Origin: Nitrospinaceae bacterium
GTDB taxonomy: Bacteria; Nitrospinota; Nitrospinia; Nitrospinales; Nitrospinaceae
Assembly: GCA_965223665.1 (NCBI GenBank)
Contig: OZ245011.1
Coordinates: 1,120,001 to 1,184,000 of the forward strand
Direction of reading: 5' to 3'
DNA length: 64,000 nucleotides
Position numbers and translations under genes: made by a program. A model generated the notes under the pieces. The model ran no database searches and was not told the DNA's origin. It worked only from the letters and a program-made list of their open reading frames with translations. Of the stretch, positions 29,393 through 38,374 are shown piece by piece; the stretch's first letter is position 1, and every line of letters starts with the position of its first letter.

Positions 29393-32300
29393 TTAATATT
29401 GATCAATCTCTTTCCATTGAGTCCCGTTAAAGAAATTTAGTTTATCGGTATTGATATTATAGATCACTAAACCTTCAGGAATATTATCCATCAAATCTCT
29501 TTGCCCTTGATACATTCTTGGAGGAAGAAACCCTTGATCCGTAGAGTCTACACCCAATATAACATTAGGATGTTGAGGTGAGATATCATTTCCTATTTGC
29601 AGTCCCTCATCGGAAAAGAAATTTCCGTTGGATCCCATTAATACTTTTGCGGGGGCATTCCAAATATTGGTGGATGATGCATAAGAAGTATGAAAACCAT
29701 AAAACTCTGATTCTGAATTTGAATTCTCCAAGTCTCTTATGTTTCCTTCAAACGGAAGATTATAGAATCGATTTTGTGCATTTGACCACAATCCCCATTT
29801 ATCAGTGGAATCAATAATTACCGCTGTAGAGTATTTTCTAGGAACATTCCCTTCATATGGAGATTCCTGCAGAAAAATATCATTTATCGAACAATGGAAA
29901 CAGATATTGTTTCTACCACTTTCAATATGTAATCCAACGTTCATAAAGTTCATTGTGATATTTTCTAAATGATTCTTATTAAATCCATTGGATCCCTCTA
30001 CCCCACTGGCTAAATAAGCTCCTCGGGTCATTAAGCGAAAGGAAACACTGGATAAAGTATTTTGCTCACAGACACTGGTGCCAGGGCCGCACATCATTAA
30101 AATACCTTCCCTTGCGTTTCCAATATGAACATTTTCAATCGTATTGTGAATTAATTGAACGGAAGTATTGGTGTCCTGCATGTGTTCAGGAATCATACCA
30201 ATTCCAATAACTCCGTTAGACCAATCCCTATAATCCACTCCACCATGTATTGTTAAATCTTTTATGGTGACATAACTTGTTGAAATTCGAATCATGACCA
30301 AGTCTTTTGATCCACCTTTGAGGACCGTTGCTTTACCAGAGCCACGTATTGTAATTCTGTTATTTTTATTTGTTTCAGAAGGTTGATCGCTGGAATCATT
30401 TTCTGATCTTAAGAAAATGCCATTTTTCATTACTTTTCCTTCATACGTATCACCTGAGCCGGTTTTTCCTTTAATCAAATATTGACCCGGTGGGAAATAC
30501 ACTGTTCCGCCTCCGAAATTATTTTCATATAAGGAATCCACGGCTGCTTGAATAGCTGAGGTATCATCGTTACTGCCATCTCCTTTGGCACCAAAGTCTT
30601 TAACATTTACAAAATAGTCGCTAGATGAACCTACCTCTTCTTGAATCACCGTCACCATCTGCGTATCATTACTTGAGTTTCCTACGTGGTCTGTCGCAGT
30701 CCATGTAACCGTAGTTGTTCCCAAGGGGAACATAGAGGGGGCATTATTGGTGACAGTATTCACTTCTACGTTATCTGTTACCGAGGGACTACCCAATTCT
30801 ACATTGGCTTCAGAATCAAGAGTGGTCACACTGACATTCACAGGGGCATTTATTAGAGGGGGTGTTGTATCCTGAATTGTAATTTTCTGCATATCGGTTC
30901 CAACATTGCCTGAAGTATCCGTCGCCGTCCACATTACATCAGTTGTACCTAAAGGAAATTGAGAGGGTGAATCACTGGTAATAGAGGCAACCGCTACATC
31001 GTCAGTGGCACTTGCAGTGCCGATATCAATTTGACTGAGATGGCCCGTGGCTTCAACAACCATATCAGAAGGTGCCGAAACTACAGGTGGAAGCGTGTCG
31101 TCTCCTGAGGACTGAGGAAGGACATATTCAATCTTGAGTTCGGGGTGCTCACCTGTATTAGCTTCTCTCGACCTTAAATCAATTCCATCATTGGTTCCAC
31201 TGGATTTAATTATAAACCCATTATTTGCAACATTTCCACTGACCCAATCTTGAACCACCTGGACGCCAGCTGCATTTAAATTCAGCGTGTGACCTAAACC
31301 AGAATTAGGAGCTATAATTCCTAAGATTTCGGTTCCCACTGATCCATTTTGAATTATACTTTCCCAACTTGCATCGGCTTCTGTCCATGGGGTATTTACT
31401 TGATATATCCAATACTCCCCAGTACTTTGATTAAAAATATCTAGCTTAATTGAAACAGACTTAATTAAAGCCTTAGAAGGAATGCTTGAAATATCCCATG
31501 ACAACAAAGACGAAACGGGACCAAACTTTCCATTAACTGGATCTAAGTCCACTTCATCAGCAAGCAAATCACTCAATGTTCCATAACTTTCTTGCGGCGA
31601 GGTTTTTCGAATACATGCGTCTTTAGTGCCTTTGTAAGTAGAGTTTGGAAAAACACCATCTTTAAAACTCATTACTAAATTATCAGATTGTTTTTGCACA
31701 ACTGAAATTGTTTGTGTATCGGTACTTACATTTCCTGATGTATCTACAGCAGACCAGGTTACTGTTGTTGAACCTACTGGAAATACAGAGGGAGCATCAT
31801 TGCTTATTGATTGAACTTCAACGGCATCTGTTGCAGTCGCTTGTCCAATATTTACCGTAGCTTCAGTTCCGTCAATATCAACAGTAATATCAGCAGGAAC
31901 CGTAATTACCGGTGCAGTCGTATCTTGGACTGTAACCTTCTGTTGATCTGTAGCTGTATTCCCTGAGGTATCAGTGGCTGTCCATGTAACTGTAGTTGAC
32001 CCCAATGGAAATTGTCCTGGCGCGTCACTAACTATAGAAGCCACTTCAATATTGTCGGAAGCTGTAGCTGTTCCAATATTCACGGTATTTAATTTTCCGG
32101 TCGCTTCCATGGTTTTATCCGATGGCGCGGTGACCACTGGTGGAATGGTATCTTCAGTTTTAGTTACCGTGACTACTTGTTGATCAGAACTTGTATTTCC
32201 GGAAGAGTCAGTGGCTGTCCAAGTTACAGTTGTTGAACCCACCGGAAATAATGAGGGAGCATTATTGGTGATGGAAACCACTTCCACCTTATCCGTTGCA

Positions 32301-34156
32301 GTAGCGGTTCCAATATTGACTGTAATATCGTCTCCCTCCGTTGAAGCGGAAACATCTGCCGGCGCTGTTACCACCGGTGGAGTTGTATCCTGAACATTAA
32401 TTTTCTGAGTATCATTTGCGGTGTTACCAGAAGTATCTGTCGCAGTCCACGTAACTATCGTAGACCCTACTGGAAACTGAGAAGGGGCATTGTTAACTAT
32501 CGAAGCCACTTCAATATTGTCGGAAGCTGTGGCTGTCCCAATGTTCACGGTATTTAATTTTCCGGTAGCTTCCATGGTCTTATCAGAAGGTGCTGTCACT
32601 ACTGGGGGAATTGTATCTTCCGTTTTGGTTACCGTGACTACTTGTTGATCAGTACTCGTATTTCCAGAAGAATCAGTGGCTGTCCAAGTTACAGTTGTTG
32701 AACCCACCGGAAATAATGAGGGAGCATTATTGGTGATGGAAACCACTTCTACCTTATCCGTTGCAGTAGCAGTTCCAATATTAACTGCAATATCGTCTCC
32801 CTCCGTTGAAGCGGAAACATCTGCCGGCGCTGTTACAACCGGCGGAGTGGTATCTTGAACATTAATTTTTTGAGTATCATTTGCGGTGTTACCAGAAGTA
32901 TCTGTCGCAGTCCACGTAACTATCGTAGACCCTACAGGAAACTGAGAAGGCGCATTGTTAACAATGGATGCCACTTCAATATTGTCAGTAGCCGTAGCCG
33001 TCCCAATTTCTACCGTATTTAACTTTCCATTCGCTTCCATGGTTTTATCAGATGGCGCGGTGACCACTGGTGGAATGGTATCTTCCGTTTTAGTTACCGT
33101 GACTACTTGTTGATCAGTACTCGTATTTCCGGAAGAGTCAGTGGCCATCCAAGTCACAGTTGTTGAGCCCTCTGGAAATAATGAGGGAGCATTATTGGTG
33201 ATAGAAACCACTTCTACCTTATCCGTTGCAGTAGCCGTTCCAATATTGACTGCAATAGAATCCTCTTCTGTACTAATAGAAATATTTTCCGGGGCTGTTA
33301 TCACAGGTGGAGTGGTATCTTTTACTATTATTGTTTGGGAATCTGTTCCAGTATTCCCAGAAGTATCAGTTGCTATCCAAACAACCGTAGTTGTTCCCAC
33401 TGGAAATTGAGAAGGAGCATTATGAGTTAGTGATGCTATACCGACGTTATCTGTTGCATAGGCCTGCCCAATATCCACTGTGTTTAATTTTCCTGAAGCT
33501 TCTATTTCTTTATCTCCAGGAGCAGTTACTACCGGTGGAATCGTGTCAAATTCAGGTTCGCTATTACTTTTTACAATAATCAATTGAGTATCTGTTGAAC
33601 TGTTACCAGAAGAGTCAGTAGCCGTCCAAACTACGGAAGTAGTTCCCAAAGGAAATAAAGCAGGGGCATTATTTGTTAAGGAAACTAATTTAACTTTATC
33701 TGAAGCAGTTGCCAATCCAATGTCAACTGGAGTTTCTTCTGAATCAATAGTAACCGTAATATCTTCAGGGGCTGTTACTTCTGGTGGAGTAGTATCTTGA
33801 ATTACCACTGATTGCGTATCAGTTCCAATATTCCCGGCAGCATCCTTTGCTGTCCATGTAACAATGGTGGAACCAAGAGGAAATTTTGACGGAGCATCGT
33901 TAGTAATGGAAACAACACCAACATTATCGGTAAAAACAGGTTGCCCAAGGTTCACCGGGGTAAGTTTGCCCACTGCTTCCTTTAATTTATCTCCAGGAGC
34001 AGTAATCACCGGGGATTCAGTATCCGGTTCCCCTCCACCATTTTTTATATTTTTTCCCTTAAGGCCACCCGCTGCAGCAAAAGCTGATCCGGAGACTAGA
34101 AGAAAAATCATTGCTGTCAAAAAGCTAATTAATTTATATTTAGTTGCCCTAACCAT
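29393..34156 (-). CDS. Secreted 1587-aa surface protein: 10x HYR, DNRLRE/CBM96-like domain, 2x HYR, pectate-lyase-3/tailspike-like beta-helix, fibre-type C-terminal motif
   Basis: Signal peptide ending AFA; DTxPPVxTAP...FPxGxTxVTWTATDxSGN repeats; LLSWDISSIP...VQDWVSGNVANNGFII; VNVKDFGAKGDGSNDDTSAIQAAVD; GFLPPRM...PEGLVIYN. Confidence 0.88.
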   Translation of the reverse strand: MVRATKYKLISFLTAMIFLLVSGSAFAAAGGLKGKNIKNGGGEPDTESPVITAPGDKLKEAVGKLTPVNLGQPVFTDNVGVVSITNDAPSKFPLGSTIVTWTAKDAAGNIGTDTQSVVIQDTTPPEVTAPEDITVTIDSEETPVDIGLATASDKVKLVSLTNNAPALFPLGTTSVVWTATDSSGNSSTDTQLIIVKSNSEPEFDTIPPVVTAPGDKEIEASGKLNTVDIGQAYATDNVGIASLTHNAPSQFPVGTTTVVWIATDTSGNTGTDSQTIIVKDTTPPVITAPENISISTEEDSIAVNIGTATATDKVEVVSITNNAPSLFPEGSTTVTWMATDSSGNTSTDQQVVTVTKTEDTIPPVVTAPSDKTMEANGKLNTVEIGTATATDNIEVASIVNNAPSQFPVGSTIVTWTATDTSGNTANDTQKINVQDTTPPVVTAPADVSASTEGDDIAVNIGTATATDKVEVVSITNNAPSLFPVGSTTVTWTATDSSGNTSTDQQVVTVTKTEDTIPPVVTAPSDKTMEATGKLNTVNIGTATASDNIEVASIVNNAPSQFPVGSTIVTWTATDTSGNTANDTQKINVQDTTPPVVTAPADVSASTEGDDITVNIGTATATDKVEVVSITNNAPSLFPVGSTTVTWTATDSSGNTSSDQQVVTVTKTEDTIPPVVTAPSDKTMEATGKLNTVNIGTATASDNIEVASIVSDAPGQFPLGSTTVTWTATDTSGNTATDQQKVTVQDTTAPVITVPADITVDIDGTEATVNIGQATATDAVEVQSISNDAPSVFPVGSTTVTWSAVDTSGNVSTDTQTISVVQKQSDNLVMSFKDGVFPNSTYKGTKDACIRKTSPQESYGTLSDLLADEVDLDPVNGKFGPVSSLLSWDISSIPSKALIKSVSIKLDIFNQSTGEYWIYQVNTPWTEADASWESIIQNGSVGTEILGIIAPNSGLGHTLNLNAAGVQVVQDWVSGNVANNGFIIKSSGTNDGIDLRSREANTGEHPELKIEYVLPQSSGDDTLPPVVSAPSDMVVEATGHLSQIDIGTASATDDVAVASITSDSPSQFPLGTTDVMWTATDTSGNVGTDMQKITIQDTTPPLINAPVNVSVTTLDSEANVELGSPSVTDNVEVNTVTNNAPSMFPLGTTTVTWTATDHVGNSSNDTQMVTVIQEEVGSSSDYFVNVKDFGAKGDGSNDDTSAIQAAVDSLYENNFGGGTVYFPPGQYLIKGKTGSGDTYEGKVMKNGIFLRSENDSSDQPSETNKNNRITIRGSGKATVLKGGSKDLVMIRISTSYVTIKDLTIHGGVDYRDWSNGVIGIGMIPEHMQDTNTSVQLIHNTIENVHIGNAREGILMMCGPGTSVCEQNTLSSVSFRLMTRGAYLASGVEGSNGFNKNHLENITMNFMNVGLHIESGRNNICFHCSINDIFLQESPYEGNVPRKYSTAVIIDSTDKWGLWSNAQNRFYNLPFEGNIRDLENSNSESEFYGFHTSYASSTNIWNAPAKVLMGSNGNFFSDEGLQIGNDISPQHPNVILGVDSTDQGFLPPRMYQGQRDLMDNIPEGLVIYNINTDKLNFFNGTQWKEIDQY
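31860..33330 (-). repeat. HYR repeat array with A/B dimer period of 465 nt (155 aa)
   Basis: Shadow ORFs recur at 32211, 32676, 33141; nucleotide blocks nearly identical. Confidence 0.9.
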
Positions 34157-34226
34157 GATTTATCCTTTTATTCAAAAATTCCTTAAGAACATCCTTCTTA
34201 TTTAGAAAACAACCTTTATTGTAAAT

Positions 34227-35564
34227 TTATGAAGAACTTAAATTTTTCCAACTTCCACCACTGAATACATTCAAAGTCTGCGTGGAAGTGTTATAAATCA
34301 TTAAACCTTCTGGAACGGATCCCATGGCATCTCTTTGGCTGGAAGTCATTCTAGGTGGAAGAAAACCTTTACTAGAAGAGTCCGCACCTAAAGCCACCCT
34401 TGGATGAATATCCATTGATTTATTTCCAACATAAACACCTGGTAACTTAAAGAAATTTCCATTTCCGCCAGTCATTACCGCAGGAGGTGAGGTCCATAAA
34501 CTATTGTCTTTGGCACTTCCTTCCAAACCATAGAACTCAGTTCTGGTAGCGGCATTGTCAACATCTCGGGGATTGCCCTCTAAATTAACACTATAAAAAC
34601 GATTATTGGCATTCCCCCAAAATTCCCATTTATCTGTACTATCAATAACTATAGCAGTAGGAATTTCTCTTGGAGTGTTACCAGCATATGGAGTTTCTTT
34701 TAAAATAATATCTGTCATTGAACAATGAACACAAGTGTTAGTGTCACCACTTTCAATATGAAAACCCACATTCATATATCGCATAGAAATATTTTCAAAA
34801 TGATTCCTGTTCACGCTGGGTGAATGATAAACCCCACTTGCCAAATAAATCCCGCGTACCATATAACTTAGAGAAATATGTGAAAAAGAATTCCAATAAC
34901 AAGCGCTGTTGGCATCATCAGGTCCACACATCATCAGGATCCCCTCCTGGGTATTTCCTATGTGAACATTCTCGACCACATTGTAGGCAATTCTTGATAA
35001 ATTAGATTCGTCCTGCATATCATCAGGTACCATTCCAATTCCAACAACACCCGTATTTAATTCTCCATAATTAACCCCACCATTTATTGTAAGGTCTTTA
35101 ATAGTGGCATAGCCAGCAGAAACTCGAATAATGATTAAGTCATCTGAGTCCCCTTGAATTACTGATGATTTTCCGGCCCCACGAAGTGTAACTCTATTAT
35201 TTCGGCCATTGGTTACGTCTGTAGGTCTATTAAATGTATCATTTTCGTTTCGCAGATAAATGCCATTTTTCATCACCCGACCTTGAAACGTATCGCCTGA
35301 TCCAGGTTGACCCACAACTCTATATTTTCCAGGAGGAAAATAAACTGTTCCGCCCCCAAGATTTTTTACATATAAAGAATCAACAGCGGCCTGAATCGCT
35401 AAAGTATCATCCGTAATTCCATCGCCTTTGGCTCCGAAATCTTTAACGTTTACAAAATAATCTGTCGTTTGGGCAATACCTTGAGTTCCCAAAAATGTAA
35501 TAAAAATCAGGGCAATTAAAACTTGCACCTTAAATATTTTTTTTATTTTAAATCGGGTCTTCAT
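34227..35564 (-). CDS. Secreted pectate-lyase-3/tailspike-like beta-helix protein, paralogue of the C-terminal domain of 29393-34156
   Basis: Signal peptide; DYFVNVKDFGAKGDGITDDTLAIQAAVD; GGGTVYFPPGKY; GFLPPRMTSSQRDAMGSVPEGLMIYN. Confidence 0.88.
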   Translation of the reverse strand: MKTRFKIKKIFKVQVLIALIFITFLGTQGIAQTTDYFVNVKDFGAKGDGITDDTLAIQAAVDSLYVKNLGGGTVYFPPGKYRVVGQPGSGDTFQGRVMKNGIYLRNENDTFNRPTDVTNGRNNRVTLRGAGKSSVIQGDSDDLIIIRVSAGYATIKDLTINGGVNYGELNTGVVGIGMVPDDMQDESNLSRIAYNVVENVHIGNTQEGILMMCGPDDANSACYWNSFSHISLSYMVRGIYLASGVYHSPSVNRNHFENISMRYMNVGFHIESGDTNTCVHCSMTDIILKETPYAGNTPREIPTAIVIDSTDKWEFWGNANNRFYSVNLEGNPRDVDNAATRTEFYGLEGSAKDNSLWTSPPAVMTGGNGNFFKLPGVYVGNKSMDIHPRVALGADSSSKGFLPPRMTSSQRDAMGSVPEGLMIYNTSTQTLNVFSGGSWKNLSSS

Positions 35565-35619
35565 AATTCATCCTTCAACACAAAATAATTTTTGTAATCC
35601 TCCCCATTCACTTTTACAT

Positions 35620-35635
35620 TGCAATTCGCTTACCA
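35620..35635 (-). promoter_or_regulatory. Candidate sigma54 promoter of the tailspike/HYR operon
   Basis: TGGTAAG-CGAA-TTGCA (GG-N10-GC), 55 nt upstream of the ATG. Confidence 0.65.
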
Positions 35636-36117
35636 TACCCTAATTGAGGCATACTTTAAAAAATAAGCGCCAAAATATTAAAGATTTTCATCTTGAAAAA
35701 AATTATTTTTAAATGATTACTTTAATAAAAGGGTATTAACATACCCCTTAAATTGTTATTTTTATCAAACTACACTTAACACAAAAGTGCACACCTTGAT
35801 TATCTGGATAAATTTTTATAAGTTAATCGATAAATGACGGAGGAATGTCAAAAAAGTATTACTATTTTTTCTTTTCAAACATTTACATTGCAGCATTATT
35901 TTTTTTATTGTTTTACTCCAAAGAGATTTATTATCTGAATACCGACTATTTGGATAAAAATTTGCTGGAATTATTTTTAACTTAATTATATGATTCTGTA
36001 TAAACCCTTTCTGTTTTGTATTTTTCTCTTAATAGAAAGCGTCCACCTAATAAATTGAAAAAATTTTCAATTTACTTTTAACCTTCCGAAAATCATAAAT
36101 TATCCTGCGAGGCAAAA

Positions 36118-36816
36118 ATCCGAACTAAAACCGTTGCTATTATTCAATCAAATTACATTCCCTGGAAGGGCTATTTTGATGTCATCCACATGGTCGATGA
36201 ATTCGTTTTATTTGACGATGCTCAATTTACTAAAAGAGACTGGAGAAATAGAAATCAAATTAAAACCCCGGATGGACTGCATTGGCTGACAATTCCTGTA
36301 GAAGTGAAAGGGAAATACACACAAAAAATTAAAGATACTAAAATATCTGATCCTAAATGGCCTATTTCACATTGGGAAACCATTCGGCATAGTTACAACC
36401 AATCAAGGTTTTTTAACGATTTTAAAGATGCTTTTGAATATTTGTTTTTGAATCGTAAAGAAATGTATTTAAGTGATGTAAATTATATTTTTCTTGAAAC
36501 CATTAAAGAAATTTTAGGTATTAAAACTCGTATTTGGTGGTCTGATGAATTTGACCTTCCTGAAGGCAAGAATGAAAAGCTTATTTCTATATGTAAATCC
36601 CTTAAAGCTACGCACTATCTTTCAGGACCCGCCGCCAAATCTTACATCGACGAATCCCTATTTAATCAAGAAAAAATCCAGGTTGGTTGGATGGACTATA
36701 CGGGCTATCCTGAATACAAACAACTTTACCCCCCCTTTGAACACCAGGTCAGCATTTTGGATTTAATTTTTAATGAAGGACTGGATGCTCCCAACTTTAT
36801 GAAAAGTTTTATTTAA
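36118..36816 (+). CDS. wbqC: WbqC-family protein; conserved N-terminus extends upstream of ATG 36190, probable start at ATC 36118
   Basis: In-frame KTVAIIQSNYIPWKGYFD precedes M36190; DDAQF..RDWRNRN, HYLSGPAAKSY, SILDLIFNEG motifs. Confidence 0.85.
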   Translation: MRTKTVAIIQSNYIPWKGYFDVIHMVDEFVLFDDAQFTKRDWRNRNQIKTPDGLHWLTIPVEVKGKYTQKIKDTKISDPKWPISHWETIRHSYNQSRFFNDFKDAFEYLFLNRKEMYLSDVNYIFLETIKEILGIKTRIWWSDEFDLPEGKNEKLISICKSLKATHYLSGPAAKSYIDESLFNQEKIQVGWMDYTGYPEYKQLYPPFEHQVSILDLIFNEGLDAPNFMKSFI

Positions 36817-36850
36817 ACAATTCATCAAGTTGAATCATCTTCAATTCATT

Positions 36851-37258
36851 CTAAGTCTCAGAAACGATTTTCTTTTGAGAATTAATAACTTCCTCCACAG
36901 CCTGGTCAAAAAATAAATCTAATCGATGCCGCATATCCGGGGAAAGTTCAATAAGGCGAGAACGTGCATCCTTTGGGTTTTCTTTTTCAATTAAATAACC
37001 ATGGTTCAAAGCGGTTTCAACATATTTACCTGCCGTTTGGGCACTTTTAAGGTTTACCATAAATCTGGATGCATCCATTTTTCTAACCGGCCCAATGGTT
37101 CTCCACAAACGAGAAAACAAATCCCAATATGAAGTTTGGTAAAATTCACTGTTTCCCTCAAAAACTCCCAACCAGTTTTGACCAATAATGTCAATCATAT
37201 TGAGATATTCGCGTCTTTGGTTACAATTAAATTTTAATTTTTTACTCTCATTTGCCAA
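36851..37258 (-). CDS. MarR-like winged-helix protein
   Basis: C-terminal wing GYLIEKENPKDARSRLIELS; TTG start at 37258 with GGAGG SD. Confidence 0.6.
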   Translation of the reverse strand: MANESKKLKFNCNQRREYLNMIDIIGQNWLGVFEGNSEFYQTSYWDLFSRLWRTIGPVRKMDASRFMVNLKSAQTAGKYVETALNHGYLIEKENPKDARSRLIELSPDMRHRLDLFFDQAVEEVINSQKKIVSET

Positions 37259-37397
37259 AAAAAGACCCTCCAATTAACTTCAATTATTAAAATTTTTTAA
37301 TTTAGCCCTCTATATTTTGAGTCCGGTAGCTCCTAAAGCATTATATAACATAATGTTAATTATTAAAATAATTTTATTTATAAATTTATTATTAAAT

Positions 37398-37426
37398 TTG
37401 ACATTAATTTTATAATTATATATATT
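37398..37426 (+). promoter_or_regulatory. sigma70-type promoter
   Basis: TTGACA-17 nt-TATTAT upstream of 37491. Confidence 0.55.
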
Positions 37427-37490
37427 ATTATCATTAGAAATAAAAAGAATTACGGCGGTTTCAGTATTTAATTATTAAGGAGGACCAGCC

Positions 37491-37880
37491 ATGAAGAAAT
37501 TAACAATAAGTATATTTGCTTCCCTATTACTACTATTGGCACATTCACAGAGTGAGGCTCACCCTCGTTCAGGGGTTTTTGTATCCCCAGGATTTGGATT
37601 TTCAGTTTCGAATGGATTTGTGGGGTTTTCAACATTTTGGGGAGGGCAACCTTATTATCCTCCTGCACAGATTATAATTCCACGCCGACATAATCATTCC
37701 TATTATCGGCCAAGTTTTTATGAAAAACGGCTAAGGTGGAAATTACGCAATGAAAGAAGGATGAACCGTCAACATCGCTTTTTTAAACGTGATCGATTTC
37801 GTGGCCCTCGAAACCAGGGCTTCATATCACCCAACAACGGGCGTCGCGGTAATGGCCACCGGCATCATGGTCGACGTTGA
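37491..37880 (+). CDS. Hypothetical exported Arg/His/Gly-rich protein
   Basis: AGGAGG SD; signal peptide ending SEA; basic low-complexity C-terminus. Confidence 0.75.
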   Translation: MKKLTISIFASLLLLLAHSQSEAHPRSGVFVSPGFGFSVSNGFVGFSTFWGGQPYYPPAQIIIPRRHNHSYYRPSFYEKRLRWKLRNERRMNRQHRFFKRDRFRGPRNQGFISPNNGRRGNGHRHHGRR

Positions 37881-37905
37881 GTGATTTGTTGAAACAAGGA
37901 CAATT

Positions 37906-37927
37906 GGGGCCCAGGGAGGGGCCTTTT
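37906..37927 (+). terminator. Intrinsic terminator of 37491-37880
   Basis: GGCCC-agggag-GGGCC-TTTT. Confidence 0.55.
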
Positions 37928-38094
37928 CAAGTCCCTTACCAAATTGACAAATCTCCCAAATAGACTTTCCATCTTTATTGGGTTGCTCTAAATCTTTAAT
38001 TCCAAAAAAATAAATCTTTGAAAACTTTCTTTATTTACCTCAATTAGCTTTGAAAAACAATTGATGATAATTAACCAAGAAGGGAATTGGAGGC

Positions 38095-38170
38095 AAAAAA
38101 TGCGGACCAAGGCCACATAAATGTATGCCTTGACCTTATTGGAGGAGGTAAGACTGCCTTGATCCGCACC
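38095..38170 (-). ncRNA. Candidate small RNA with anti-Shine-Dalgarno (CCUCCUCC) loop
   Basis: Outer stem TGCGGATCAAGGC/GCCTTGGTCCGCA then T6; inner hairpin CTTA-cctcctccaa-TAAG; lies beyond the pil operon terminator. Confidence 0.45.
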
Positions 38171-38306
38171 ATTTAATTTTAATCAATAACTATAGATTAG
38201 GCCTTCTCCCTTAAAAAATCAATTCAAATAAAATAGATTTTTGAAGTTGAAATATTTTCCAATCATTGAAATTTCTTAATAGGGAAAGATAAGATTTAAT
38301 TACCAT

Positions 38307-38342
38307 AAAAAAATGGGCTTCCGGAATCCATCCGAAAGCCCA
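38307..38342 (-). terminator. Intrinsic terminator of the minor-pilin operon
   Basis: TGGGCTTTCGGA-tggat-TCCGGAAGCCCA followed by T7 on the minus strand. Confidence 0.85.
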
Positions 38343-38374
38343 ATGATAAAATCTTTCTTAAAATTCAAAAAAAG

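Noticed and set aside
31974-34205. + strand ORFs repeating every 465 nt
   Set aside because: Antisense shadows of the HYR repeats.
38089-38120. GGAGG plus 6-codon ORF (MRTKAT) on the + strand
   Set aside because: Too short to support; better explained as the complement of the minus-strand hairpin and U-tract.
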